Source of the DNA: Zygnema circumcarinatum SAG 698-1b
Taxonomy: Eukaryota > Plantae > Zygnematophyceae
Assembly (NCBI GenBank): GCA_037447605.1
Contig: CM074809.1
Span: forward strand, 672,689-736,688
Length of the DNA stretch: 64,000 nt
Direction of reading: 5' to 3'
Shown: positions 25,809 to 43,142 of the stretch, in pieces
How positions within the stretch are numbered: position 1 is the first letter of the stretch
Layout of the letters: each line of letters begins with the position of its first letter
Notes under the pieces: generated by a model
The model's input: the letters and a program-made list of their open reading frames with translations, nothing else
What the model was told of the DNA's origin: nothing
Databases searched by the model: none
Position numbers and translations under genes: made by a program

Positions 25809-26675
25809 TTCGAACTTTTTTTTTTTTTTTTTTCTTTTGCGGAAGGTGCCTTTCTTGAAGTTGTAGCTTCCTTTGATCCCTGGATATGAATAGGAAGATG
25901 GAACTGCATTTCATGGAAGGTTGTTAGAAGTAAAAGGGTTCAAGTAGAATGTTTCGTCGAAGATGCTGCGGAGGTTGCTAAAAGGGTTTCAGGTTTTTAA
26001 AGGCACTCTAAGGCTTTCGATGGAATTTCGGATTCTCAGGATTCTTAGGATTGGTACACTTTTTCAGGGTTTTTCAGCCACTGGTTTCGAGTGATCGACG
26101 TGATCTTGTAGTGGAGAGCATAGCCCGAGTGTTCAGGCAAAGCGCGTGAACTGTCAGTCCTAGTGAAAAGGTTATTCTTCCGAAGGGGCACCTTCTTGAT
26201 GCCATTTTCATTGACATTGCCGCCGCTGTGGACCACAAATATGTTTTTGTATACTACGAGTACTTTCTCCCCTCCGTTGCTTTTGGAGATTTCGTCCGTT
26301 TTCGGATACTGTCATACTCGCTGGGAACATTTCTCGGCTCTTGCTCTCGGCTCCGTTGGCAATAGCCATTTGCCAATGGGACCTGCAACATGTGGCCCTT
26401 TACCGCAGACTCCACCCTGTTCAAATGCCAATGCCAGTGCGTCCACGCATTCTGGTGAGACGACATCCGGAATAGTGAAAGTAAAAGCAATTTTTTTTTT
26501 TTAATTACCTTTTTTTTGTATATTTGGTGGCCTCGCCATCGTGAGTTCAAAATCCCATTTTCCCGCTTAAAAGCAATTTCTGGCAGGTACCTCTCCTGCA
26601 AAGCTCAGCTTGTCGACAAAGGAGCTTGGAGACGCGTAATCGTACCATTCGTACGGCAAGTGGTACGGTCTATAG

Positions 26676-26682
26676 TACAGTA
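26676..26682. other. Transposon excision footprint TA-CAG-TA at the MITE site in unit 4
   Basis: Units 1-3 read tatag-TA-[CAG...CTG]-TA-cgaac; unit 4 reads tatag-TA-CAG-TA-cgaac. A never-occupied site would read tatag-TA-cgaac. Confidence 0.85.
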
Positions 26683-26770
26683 CGAACATGGTACATTGAC
26701 CGTACGGTCCTTACATTCTTCCGTCTCCTTGACTTTGCTCTGCCCTTCCCTTTCTTGGTCGCAGGCCGCT

Positions 26771-29700
26771 ATGGATCGCTGCAGCGCAGCCGCCCGGACT
26801 GCAACTGGCCGCCTCCTCTCCCTTCGCAAAGCGCCTGCCTGTTCCGCCCCGGGGCCCGGCTATGGCTGCCGGCTCCAACCTCGCCTTCTCTCCCTTGTTC
26901 TCCTCCTCTCCATTGCTCGCCGCCATGGCGGATCCTGGGCAGCCGCTGCAACACCTGTCCTGCGCGGATACGACACCAGAACGCTCCCTGGCCCTCCCAC
27001 GGAGATGCCGCGTGGCACGTCTCCGCCGCCTTTCCAAAGCGAGGCGTTACACTCCAAGACGTGGAGTTTGGAAAATCGCACTTCTGGTTCTTCACAGCGG
27101 AGGAGCAGTTCAAAGGAAGGCCATGGCTTCCGGGGCTTAGAGCGGAAGGGCTCAGTGCGGAGGAAGGAGCTGGAGGCGAAAGAGGAGGAGTGCTGGGAGG
27201 GGGTGGCGGTGGGCTGGAGGGAGGGAGGCGATGATTTAGAACACCACGTTCGAATCGCAGGTGTGCTTTTCTTTCTCTGACACTGCCCCACCACCCTCCC
27301 TCCCTCCCTCCGTCCCACCCTCCCTCTCCCTCTCTCTGTCTCTCTCTCTCGCTCTCGGTCTCTCTCTCTATCTCTCTAGCTCTCTTTTGATCTCTATCGG
27401 TCTCGCTCTCCCTCTCTCTCTCTCTCTTCCTTTCTCTCTCGCTCTCCTCTCGTTCCTCCCCTCCTGTATGTGGTCCTTATGTTTCACGTATGCTACCCGG
27501 CCGCCGTTTATATGAAGATATTAGGATGCATTTAAGATTTAATTTAATTTTTAACGGCCTCCAGGTTCCTAGTTTCTGGTTTGCGAAAATGATCGACATT
27601 GCATCGCATTTGAGCAAATTCATTTGAATGATGATTCTCATATGATGACTAGGGTCGAATTTCGATGAATTTATCAGAGTATCGTTTGACGTTCCATTCC
27701 CTCAAAGGTTCCCTCATGTCTTGAGAATTTTAACTCCTTATTTGCGTCTCACAGGGGACGGCTGCCGGAGGTGTTCACTTGGGCATCGCTGTTCCTTCAT
27801 TCTCCAAATTGGAAGTCCGATTATTTTTAATAATCGAACCGGCGGTCCTGAAAAAGGAGTCGAAGTGATTCCACATGATCGGGAAATAATGGCAATCATG
27901 ACCGGTGACTTTGACTTCCCCCTTGTTTTGATGTTGTTTTTTCGTTTTTGGGTTTGCAGTTGCTTTGATGATCATTGAACATGCAGTGATGGCTAAATTG
28001 TTGGAAAATAAATAATGCATCCGTGTCGTGGGGGAGCAGGACCGACGAAGCATGCTGCGGAAGTTTTACCCCATGAGAGGGAACTCGGAGGCCCCCGATA
28101 CAACGTGTCTTTTACGGTATCTTATCAAGTGTGGGACGCTGGAGAGTATGAAATGGAGATTTTCTCCGACTGTTCAATGTGAGTGAGCGTCCTAAGTTGG
28201 AAGTAAGATGAGTTTTCGATCCGTTACATAGAGCTGCAGTTAGCTGTTCACGGTCGAGCGTTTTAATCCGCGCTGGAGTCCTAAGCTTGTGGACTCCATC
28301 TCAAACCTTAAAATCACGTCCCCGCCCGCTCCCTCTCTCTCTCTCGCTCGCTCTCCCTTCTCCCTGCTCTCTTTTCTTCTTTCCTATCTTGAGCAGGGGG
28401 CTGAGAGCAGATTTTGGCTACCACACCATCGCTAAACTCTCGATAAGTGTCGTTATTTCCGCTCAAAACTCCACTGCAAAATTGGTGCCTTGCGCCTTTG
28501 GGCAGTTTGGACGGTGGGTCGACAGCACGTTGGGGGACGGAGTTCAAGGGAAAAAGGAAATCGTAAATGTAAGAAGTTCTACTTCAAAATGGAAATTTCA
28601 GTCATATGAATGTCAGGGTCAATGGAGCCACTCCGTTTCACAATTTGTCCGGCGAATGCATGCGAAGGGTTTGAAAGAAATCTTTTTGGTGGGGGATTCC
28701 ATGACTCGAGTGTTGGCCCATCATCTTCACTTCCTCATGGCAGGTAGAGCACTTCCTTTGTCTTTTTGACTTGTCTTTCTCTCTGTCTCTCTTCCTCTCT
28801 TTCTCTTCTCTCCCTCTCCTCCCCATTTCTCTCTCTCTATCTTCCTTGTTTTCTTCCTCTCATCCTCGTGCTCTCTCTCTATATCTACTTTTTCATCCTT
28901 TTTCTCGTTCTTCTATCTTCCCACTTTCGTCCCACTTGATCACCTTCCCTTCTCGCTGAACTTCTGTCTCCCTCTTCCACTATCACTCTTTCCCATTTTC
29001 TGTCCTCTCTCCCTCCCTCTCCTTTCCCTCCGCCCACCACACACTCTCTCTCTCTCCACCTCTCTCCACATCCCCCAGTTTCTGAGCTTTCTGAATCTCT
29101 TCCGTACCCACTAACACATCCCTCTTGCCATTGAAACCAGGACCGGATCAAAAGCCAATTCATCTACACTCGCCACAAGTGTGGGAGATGACTGATCGCA
29201 GTTCAAAACTGAGCGTTCGACTGAACTTTCATTTTGTTGGCGCAATTTATGGAAACAACGAACATGGATGCAGCAGTCTGGACCAACATGAGTCTTATCG
29301 AACTCTTGTTGTCGTACCGAAAACAGCCGACTTGATTGTTTTGGGATCGGGCACATGGGCCGCCAAGGTAAGCACTTCAATTTGCTTTACTTGAAGGTCT
29401 TTTTTTTGAAGGCTTGTGCATATGCATCATGCTACGTGGGAAGCTCCTTTTACTTGGCGATGTAATGACCCAACACGGGGATGATTTCTTGTCAACTCCA
29501 ATTCAGTTTTGTGAGCGGGGTGACCTTGCTTACTCGGAACATCTTCCTGCATTCGTGGATTTTATTTTGAGCCAACCTCGAAAACCGACAGCGCGAGTAT
29601 TTTGGAGAAGTATCCCTCCTTTTGCAGTGCGGGTACATAGATTTTGCCATATTCACAACAGCGAGATTCGCTGGATGAATGCTTTTGCCAGGTATTCGTT

Positions 29701-30341
29701 TGTGGATACCGTAAACCTGAAACCTCTTCAGCATCGAGATGTATTCTTTCTTCTCTTTTCTTTGTTCTTGAGACTTTCGGCCCATTCCGCATCGTTCCTA
29801 TCTGCCAACACGCAGCGTAAATGAGTCAAAAGTTATTGAATGAAGCTTCAAAAAAACCAAATGACAAGCTCTCAGAGCTGTTCGCCTCTGTGAAGACGAG
29901 AGAGAGAGAGGGACGGGGAGTGGGAGGGGGAGGGGGAGGTGGGAGACAGTGGCGGATCTACGTATACAAGTTGGGGGGACTTAGCCCCCCCTCGAACTTT
30001 TTATGTATTTTATGCTGAAGGGGGGGACTTACCTCCCCCCCCCCCCCTTCAGCAAATATTCTGTAACGCGAAACGCCTTCTTTTGCCCGTTTATTTGCAC
30101 AGCCTTGATGCGGATTTACTCCGATTTGTGCAGGCGATTGATGGAAAAGCGTGGCGACGTTGAATACATGGATTTTTGGCCTATTGAAGCTGCGAGATAT
30201 TTAGACACGTGCGAGCGGCAGGACAAGGGGAAGTGGGTGAGGGACCTCCACTACTCCTGCGTCCACTCCAACGTGCGGGCCATCCATGGCGATGTGGGGG
30301 AGGCCGTGGTGCGCGCATTCGAGCATTACCTTCTCGCGTAG
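26771..30341 (+). CDS. Type II membrane SGNH/PC-esterase protein (NXPE/TBL-like putative O-acyltransferase or esterase), 581 aa
   Basis: Exons 26771-27260, 27755-27904, 28040-28178, 28397-28743, 29141-29367, 29507-29691 and 30134-30341 total 1746 nt in frame. N-terminal hydrophobic anchor RLLSLVLLLSIA; C..GRW motif; IFLVGDSMTR (GDS); DLIVLGSGTW; RVFWRS; C-terminal RDLHY. Confidence 0.8.
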
Positions 30342-30697
30342 GCGGCACTTGCATGGACTTGCAAGGCATCCCTCAGTGAGTCGGTCCATTCATCTGCCTT
30401 ACAGTTGCAAGGGTTTGGTGAAACCACCGTTAATTTTGGATACGAAGATTGAAGGTCAGGAGACTGGCCACTGGGTTGCTAGATCAAGATTTTTTTTTTT
30501 CCGAAGTATTTTTTGTTTTCAAAACAAGGAGAAAGGGGAAAGCGAAGACAGGAGAATCATCAGCGGCAGAAGTTTCCATTATGGAAATGCTACCCGCGAC
30601 ACCTGCGCATTGCTTCACGTGTGAAGGTCGTAATGTTGTAAAACAACAAATAAAGTATATAAATCAGCTCTCATACCACTGCTAGTGCATAGGCTCT

Positions 30698-31245
30698 GGG
30701 TGCAAGTAGAATGTTTCGTCGAAGATGCTGCGGAGGTTGCTAAAAGGGTTTCAGGTTTTTAAAGGCACTTTAAGGCTTTCGATGGAATTTCGGATTCACA
30801 GGAATCGTAGGATTAGTACACTTTTTCAGGGTTTTCAGCCACTGGTTTCGAGCGATCGACGTGATCTTGTAGTGGAGAGCATAGCGCGAGTGTTCAGGCA
30901 AAGCGCGTGAACTGCCAGTCGTAGTGAAAAGCTTGTTCTTCCGAAGGGGCACCTTCTTGATGCCATTTTCATTGACATTGCCGCCGTTGTGGACCACAAA
31001 CATGATTTTGTATACTACGAGTACTCTCTCCCCTCCGTTGCTTTTGGAGATTTCGTCCGTTTTCGCATATTGTCATGCTCGCTGGGAACATTTCTCGGCT
31101 CTTGCTCTTGGCTCCGTTGGCAATAGCCATTGCCTATGGAACCTGTAACATTTGGAACTTAACCGCAGACTCCACCCTGTTTTTTTTTTTTTGGTGCGAC
31201 GACATTAGCAGTAGCAAAAGCAATTTCTGGCAGGTATCTTTCCTG
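30698..31245. repeat. Solo diverged copy of the segment at ~5358-6025 of each tandem unit (possible decayed minus-strand gene)
   Basis: High identity to 5358-5910 and 6000-6025; lacks the retroposed insert. Minus-strand frames are protein-like but interrupted by stops. Confidence 0.8.
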
Positions 31246-32040
31246 CATGATCCACAGAAGAACTTTCTGCCACAAGTTCTGCAAAGTTTTTTAAGACATA
31301 GGGAGAGGCGGGAGCAGATGGGAGGAGGGAGGGGGGGAGGAAGGGGGTGGAAGGGGGGAAAAGGGGGAAGGAGAGGTAGAGGAAGGTGATGGAAGGAGAG
31401 AGGGTAGGAAGGGGGGGGGGAACGTTGCTCCACACTCACTACCATAAGACACAGTGCTCAAGTAGAGGTCCAGCGCATACATTGTGCAGCTCCAATTTAT
31501 ATACTCCATAAAAGTGAGTCATCGGAACATCTCCTACCTCGACCAATAAAAAATGGACATCTTCTCTCAACTTTTGCCACCCTCGTGCCGCAAGAACGGC
31601 CGCCACTTGACTTCTAATTACCCTCCTACCCTCTGCTCGGGTACAGTCCGCCACCTTTTATTACATGGGAGCCCCCTCTACAAAGAACATAGCTAGGGAG
31701 GTATTCCCTTATCCACATTAAGAACCCTTTATTTTAAAAGAGTCTTATCCCCACTACCCGCTTCTTTTCCTCTCATCTTTTCTCCTTCGCCTCCACAGGA
31801 ACAGGACACTCCTTTTGCTTGACGAGACTCAAGGAGTGAGTGAGTGAGAAAATGTTTCACGTCAACTGCCTCAGTACTTTCCTCCATCCCATTTCACCAG
31901 CCAGCATTCGTTTGCAGGGCCCACCTTAAGCTACTGAAGCCCCTCCAGTGATTGAAGTGATGACACGGTAAAGTTTCCAGGAGAGCTCACAATACTCAAA
32001 AGTGAGTGCTATTATTGCTCAAGTGAAAGAATATCTCTGT

Positions 32041-37345
<5,305 letters not shown>

Positions 37346-37631
37346 GGCTGCTTGCCGAGTATCTCACCTTTCCCAAGTTTCAATAATGTCTATAGCAATT
37401 TCTCTCTCCCCTTCCAAGAGTCTTGCCCTGCAGTGCAAAAAGTAGGAGGGGCCAGCAGCAGGCAGCGATTCAGTACTGAGGGCCTTGCAAGCTCCTGCAA
37501 ATTTGGAGAGCGCCTGCAAGGGGGGAGGCCTGGGCGGGCGGCTAACCCCATTTGTACCCTATCCAGTACAACAAGAAGTGGATTTTTTTATTTTCTGTTC
37601 GCGACTCAAGTATTTCATTTAAAAGATTCAG

Positions 37632-37685
37632 CCAATGAAAACTCGCCACGTAATCATTGTGTTCAACGTGGCATACTCTGATTGG
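37632..37685. promoter_or_regulatory. Inverted pair of CCAAT-N9-CCACG modules in the NADP-MDH promoter
   Basis: CCAAT-gaaaactcg-CCACG at 37632-37650 and CGTGG-catactctg-ATTGG at 37667-37685, ~290-340 bp upstream of the ATG. Confidence 0.6.
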
Positions 37686-38883
37686 CTCACTGGTCGAAGT
37701 GATTTTAGTCAGATTATTTCAGCGGCGCTCTGAGCCCCTTTTCCCGCAAAAGCGGACAAAGGGGTTCAGGCGCGTACGGACGGTCGTCGGAGAAAAAGCC
37801 GAGACTCTTCCGCCAACAGCGACGCCCGTAACGCCAAAACCGAAAGCCCCACAAATGTATTCCCACTGCCCGTTTTGTACGGTCAGTGACCCAACGACGC
37901 TGCTGATTGGCCTGCGAGACAGCTACGATTCGCCCAAAACGAAATTCCCCTCAAAATCTGTCCAAAACAATACCAATTTTGGTCCACCCCCTCTCCGCCA
38001 CACGTCCAGGGGGCCGCGGAGGGCCCCTTCAAAAGCGGGGGAGGGGCACCGAATCGCGCTCAGGATTTGGGGGCAACGTGGCGCCCTCCGAGGCAGGAAC
38101 CTCCCGCCACTGCGCCACGTGCCAGCCCCTGCTTGGCGCTCGCACACGCTCGCTTGGCGCTTCTTCTGACATGTGGCAGGCCACGTCGGTCCGTACGGGT
38201 TCCTGCTTGTTCGTACAATTCAAACTTGTCCGTTCGTGTCACGTCGCAACCGAGGAAGGCAAGACACGGGGGATTTTTTAGACGGCGGTATAAAGAGAAG
38301 GTTCTGCGAAGGGACGATGGTGACGTCATAATGTACGGAAAAAAGTGGTATGCCGAGCAGGGAATCGGAACGGAAGCGACTTTTTTCGAACAGGAAAAGA
38401 GGGTGTGAAATTTTGAAAAAATGTTGCGGGCAGTAGAAACTTTATCGGGCCAATGAGGCGTCGCGCGTCAGAAATCTGAACCGCACGTTATGGTTGGTTG
38501 CAATCGCCTCTTGCTGTTCAAAACATTTTCGGGCTGCCCACGCCTACCGCACGTGTGCCCGAAACCTCATCGCCTTGCCCAAAATTTTCCAGAAACGAGT
38601 CCACGTTGGTTGGTCACGCCAACATGGCGCGCTTTCATTCGATGGCGATGCCCATGCTCGCATTCGCCTCCACGTTGCCCTCAATTTGCCTAGCCTCACT
38701 TCCCAACATCGTTCGTACTCCAAGATGCGCATGACCATGCGGCCCACAACAACAACATAGTACATGAGACGCATGTTGCACCAACAAACAACTCCCCCAC
38801 CGAGACGCATCCCCACCATGCCCCACAACTCTCGGCACAAAACTTGAAGAAACAAAAGGCAGGCAAGAATGATTGACGATCGA

Positions 38884-41800
38884 TCAATCGAACACGCGCG
38901 TTCCGGTGGCGAACACGTTCCAGAAGAGCGCCCCCGCGAGGTACGCGGCCGCCGCGATGCGGAGGACGGCCTGGAAGGAGCCCAAGCGCTCCACGAGGAC
39001 GCCCGCGAGGAGCACGCTCGCCATGCCGCCCAGAGTGCCCGCCGTGTTGGAGAGACCTGTGGGACCCACGCTCGCCCCCTCAGGCACTATCAGTCAAGTA
39101 GACTGGAACAGAGGGCGTTAGAGCCATATAAAGACGAAGGAAGGAAGAAGAAGAAGAATGAAGGAGGAGGAAGAAGGAAGGAAGAAGAAGAAGGAAGAAG
39201 AAGAAGGAAGAAGGAAGAAGGAAAGAAGGAGAAGAAGGAAGAAGGAAGGAAAAAGAAGAAGTAAGAAAGAAGGAAGAAGGAAAAAGAGGAAGGAAGAAGA
39301 AAGGAAGAAGGAAGGAAGAAGGAAGTTGGATGATCATGCTTTTGGATGTACATTGGCTTTTTAAGGTTGAGCATGTCGCTTAATAAACTTAAGAGAAGCA
39401 GCAGACTCGATGGGTCAATTGATCATGGGAGAAGTGTCTTTTTTGGGAGAGCTGAAAGAAGGGTACCGTGAAGGACGCCTGCGTATTTCGGCCCAATGTC
39501 CTGCGTACGTTGTATCCACAGCCATCCCAAAAACAAGATTTATACTTTAGAGAGAGGGAGAAAAGGGAGGGGGTGACAAAGGGAAACGAGTGACTGAAAG
39601 GGAGTGCCCCGCCCTATCTGCAGAAATCTAGTCTAATCTAAAACAACATTCCTGGACGACTCCTAATTTCCAGTTCCCTGCTTTCCGTCTCATAGCATTC
39701 CCTTGTCACTCTCCCACAGAAGGTTCACATTGAAGAGCAATTCTTCCTCACCTGATAGTTCACCAAGAAGCCTGCTTGGCTGAAGGCACTCAAGCCCAAT
39801 GCCACTGTGAGGTAGAAAGATGCCCACGCTGCGGAAGAAGCCCCGGCTAAGGCTAAAAGGGCTACCGATGGTCCAATAAAGCCGATGCTCTGCTCCAAAT
39901 CCATCGAAAAACAACCAACAAAAAAAAACTTCAGTGGGTGTGAGAGTGCACGTCTTGCTCAGTACTCGACACAGGGACAGAGAAACGAAGGGGCTGCAAA
40001 TCCCCTGACGAAATAAACAAACTGCTGCAAACAATCACATGTGCAACACACTCTCGACTTAGCTCTCACCTGCATCAGTTTGCGTACTGCAGTTGTGGAG
40101 ATAACCCTTCTGGAAATAAGAGAGTCTGCCATGGAGCCTGCCAGAATCCCTGCAGCCGCCATGACTGCCCATGGAGCAGCACTGAACCACGCAGCATTGC
40201 GGACACTTAAGCCGAACACCTGCAGGCAGAGAGGGGTGCAGGATGAGAGAGGTGCAGAGAAGAGAGGAGAGGGGAAAAGGAGACCTTCATAATTCCGATC
40301 ACTCAGAAAGCTTCAAATTGGTAGTCTTGCAATACTGCAAAATGTGGCGCGCAGTGAATCATCTCACTTTGTTGAAGTAGGTAGGCATCCAAGAAAGCAT
40401 TATGAAATAACCCTGCATTGGCTCGGCCCAAAACACCCAAAACTCAACTTCACTTCATCAGGGAAAACTGACTAGTAAGGGAGATATTCAGGCAGCTTCA
40501 TTTTAAGAATGTTATTGTGTGTTCAACAATCATTCTCCTTCCTCCCATCCCTTTACCCCTCCTGTTTCACTCACAGTGCAGCAGAACTCACCCAATTATT
40601 GACAACATTCGCCACAATTAATGCCCATGTCGGCCACTTTGACAACAAAAGCGCAAATGGAGGCCACTTTCTTTCCTTATCCGCAGATTTTGCATGCTCG
40701 CTCGTTCCATCCGCCAGACTTCCTCCGTAACTACTCCTCGTCTGAATCCCACTAGATTCCAAACCCAATTTATCTACTGTACAGTCAGCAGGCAAATACC
40801 CCGATTCCACCCGCCTTCCAGCATCAGCATATCTTGCATGTGCATCCCCTTCCCTTCCTCCACTCTGCTTGTTCGTGATGTAATGAAGCTCCTCGGTTGT
40901 GATGTGTGGATGCGTGCTTGGTGATGTAGAGGCGGTAAGGAGCCAAACCATGAGCCATATGTAACCAAAAATACCAAAGACGAGAAAGGGTCCGGTGACT
41001 CCAAGGCTGACAGAGGCCATAAGGAGAGGGGCAGTGAGGAGGCCCCCCATTGATCCAAAGTGAAAACCAGCGAAACAGGCGCCAACAGCACGTGCTCTCT
41101 CAGCTGGTGGGACCCACCTGGTATGGAGAAAGGATCAGAAAGGACCTCAGGGCAACCGCTCAAAAGACTCAAAAGACTCAAAATTCTGCTCCGCTCGTGG
41201 GGGTGATCGAGTACATCGTTCATGAACCGGGTAAAGAAGGGGAGTGTGGGAGTAGTGGCCTTGTTTCAACTACGACATTAGGGAATAGAGACAAGGTAAA
41301 TTGGCAGAGACGGAAAACTTTGCTGGACTTAAAAGGAAACTCTTGCCACGGTTAGACATGGCTGGTCAGCTACAGAAAATAAGCATAACCTTCAGAATGA
41401 TAGTTAGTACGTGAACAGTTGGGGTCAGTTGGATATTGCGGAACATACCGTCCAACAAGATTGTTCATGCAGGGCAGGGCCACTCCTTCTCCAAGACCCA
41501 TGAGGGCGCGCACTACCACAAGAGCTTGGAGAGAATGTTGAGCTGCCCATGGGGTTGCTAATGTGGCACTTGACCATAAACCGATGCCCATTGCCAGCAC
41601 ATTTCGGCCACCATATCGATCAGCTAACGCCCCCCCAACGATTGGCGTGAGGAGGTATCCAAAAAGAAAGGATGACTGCAGGAAGAAAGAATGGGGAAGG
41701 GAGTCAGAGAAAAGGCCGGCAATAAAGTGGAAGCCGAAGAGTGAAAAAAGGAGAAAAAAGAGGACGAGGAAAGGAACAAAAGACAATGTGGAAAAGAAAA

Positions 41801-43142
41801 CGTGAGAAGTAAAAGGAAAATGTGTGAAAGAAAGACATCAGTGCCAGGACAGAAGCGATCTGAACAATGAATCGAAAGTAAATGACTTCACACCTCCAAT
41901 GGTAAAGGAAGGCACATGCTAGGGGAAAGGAGTAGTTTCGCCACCAGTAACAGGAAAGTAAGATGTCTTTGTGCCAGAAATAGTGTGACATTGTACAACC
42001 AGTCCAACTTAGTCCTTGCACATTCAGTTTTTTAAGCTATTCAAAACAGCTTAAGCCCATTGCACACTTCTAATCCTCCTGCGACTGCGTTTAAAGAAAA
42101 TTTTAATCTGCAGTGGCTATAACGAAGAGCAACGTTTACAGAAGAATTACGTCCAAGTATCTAGAGGGATAAAGTTCGAATTTAAGAATAATATTCTTCT
42201 TTCCAGTACTAAGGGTACGCAAGGCACACAATATATCACGTGAGTTAAACGTGGAGTTCGGCACATATAACTTGTCATCTTCACATTCACATGTAACCCA
42301 TTAAGCTATTTGAATTAAATGCATACACCCATGAAGAGCTCATGCAGCAGCTCGATAGTAGGCTAGATGTGTTATAAGTCATTTTGAGTCTTTGACGGGT
42401 GCAAGATTTCAATGAAATGCGCACAGTCGGCAGTGGACTAATTCAGCTCCAAATTTTCGTGGCCTGAACTTGGCTCATCAGGCAGGTTTGCTGGCATTAA
42501 AGAAGAACTGAATACATTGCCGTCAGCAATGAAACGACTGCGGCGGAATGAACAAGTCAAAATGACCTTGCTCAATAGAACCTAATTCTTACAGACGTTG
42601 CAAGTAGTGGAATTCGTCTTGCATACCTGCACAATGCCGGCCACGCTCTGCGGCCAGCCATGAGTCGCTGAGAGAGGCAGCACAGCCACCGCCATAATAG
42701 TCCTATCTGCGTTGCAGAGAAACAGCGCCATGGCCACCAGCGCCACCACACGGATTCGTACCTGCTTCTGAAGCACGGGGAGAGGGAGATCATCTTCTGC
42801 AGCCATGGCTTCTCCAATATCACTACTGCTTGCCTTACAGTGTCTTTTGCCATTTCGGACGGGAGGCAATGACTCTAACAGAGCCTCAGGATGTATCTGG
42901 GTATATATACGATATAAAGGCGGAGAGGACGCTCGTCTGTAAAGACTCCCTGCTGCTGCAAGAGGATGAGTTCTCCATCTCCAGGCTGCTTGAAGAGAGC
43001 CGGGTCGCGGAGAAGCGGGAGAAACAAGCGCATGGAGCGCGTCGTGTCTATTCAAGTAACGCCATGACGGTGACAGGGAGACATCGAGAGGCGGCACAGG
43101 GGCGAGAGCGCAGCAGGAGAAAGGGCCCGCCATGGCCGCCAT
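38884..43142 (-). CDS. PHT4: Plastid-type PHT4/ANTR (SLC17/MFS) anion-phosphate transporter, PHT4;2/4;3-like (~8 exons)
   Basis: LCNADRTIMAVAVLPL, QSSFLFGYLLTPIVGGALADRYGG, MGLGEGVALPCMNN, GYFIMLSWMPTYF, SIGFIGP, FSQAGFLVNYQDIGPKYAGVLHGLSNTAGT; transit-peptide-like N-terminus. Confidence 0.95.
39136..39325. repeat. (GAA/GGAA)n purine microsatellite in the last PHT4 intron
   Basis: Directly visible low-complexity tract. Confidence 0.9.

Larger units (their letters stand above)
617..27564. repeat. Tandem segmental amplification, 4 direct units (617-7540, 7541-14435, 14436-21287, 21288-27564)
   Basis: Near-identical sequence and ORF sets recur at a ~6.9 kb period. All three internal junctions read AACGGCCTCC-AG-CTCTTAAGC. 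Flanks are GTGT-AG-CTCT (left) and CCTCC-AG-GTTC (right), giving a 2 bp AG microhomology. Confidence 0.97.

Noticed and set aside
29947-30050. CAGTGGCGGATCTA resembling an hAT-type MITE terminus in an intron
   Set aside because: No matching opposite TIR or TSD found; at most a remnant.
39080-39374. Lys/Glu-rich and Phe/Ser-rich ORFs
   Set aside because: Translations of an intronic (GAA)n tract.
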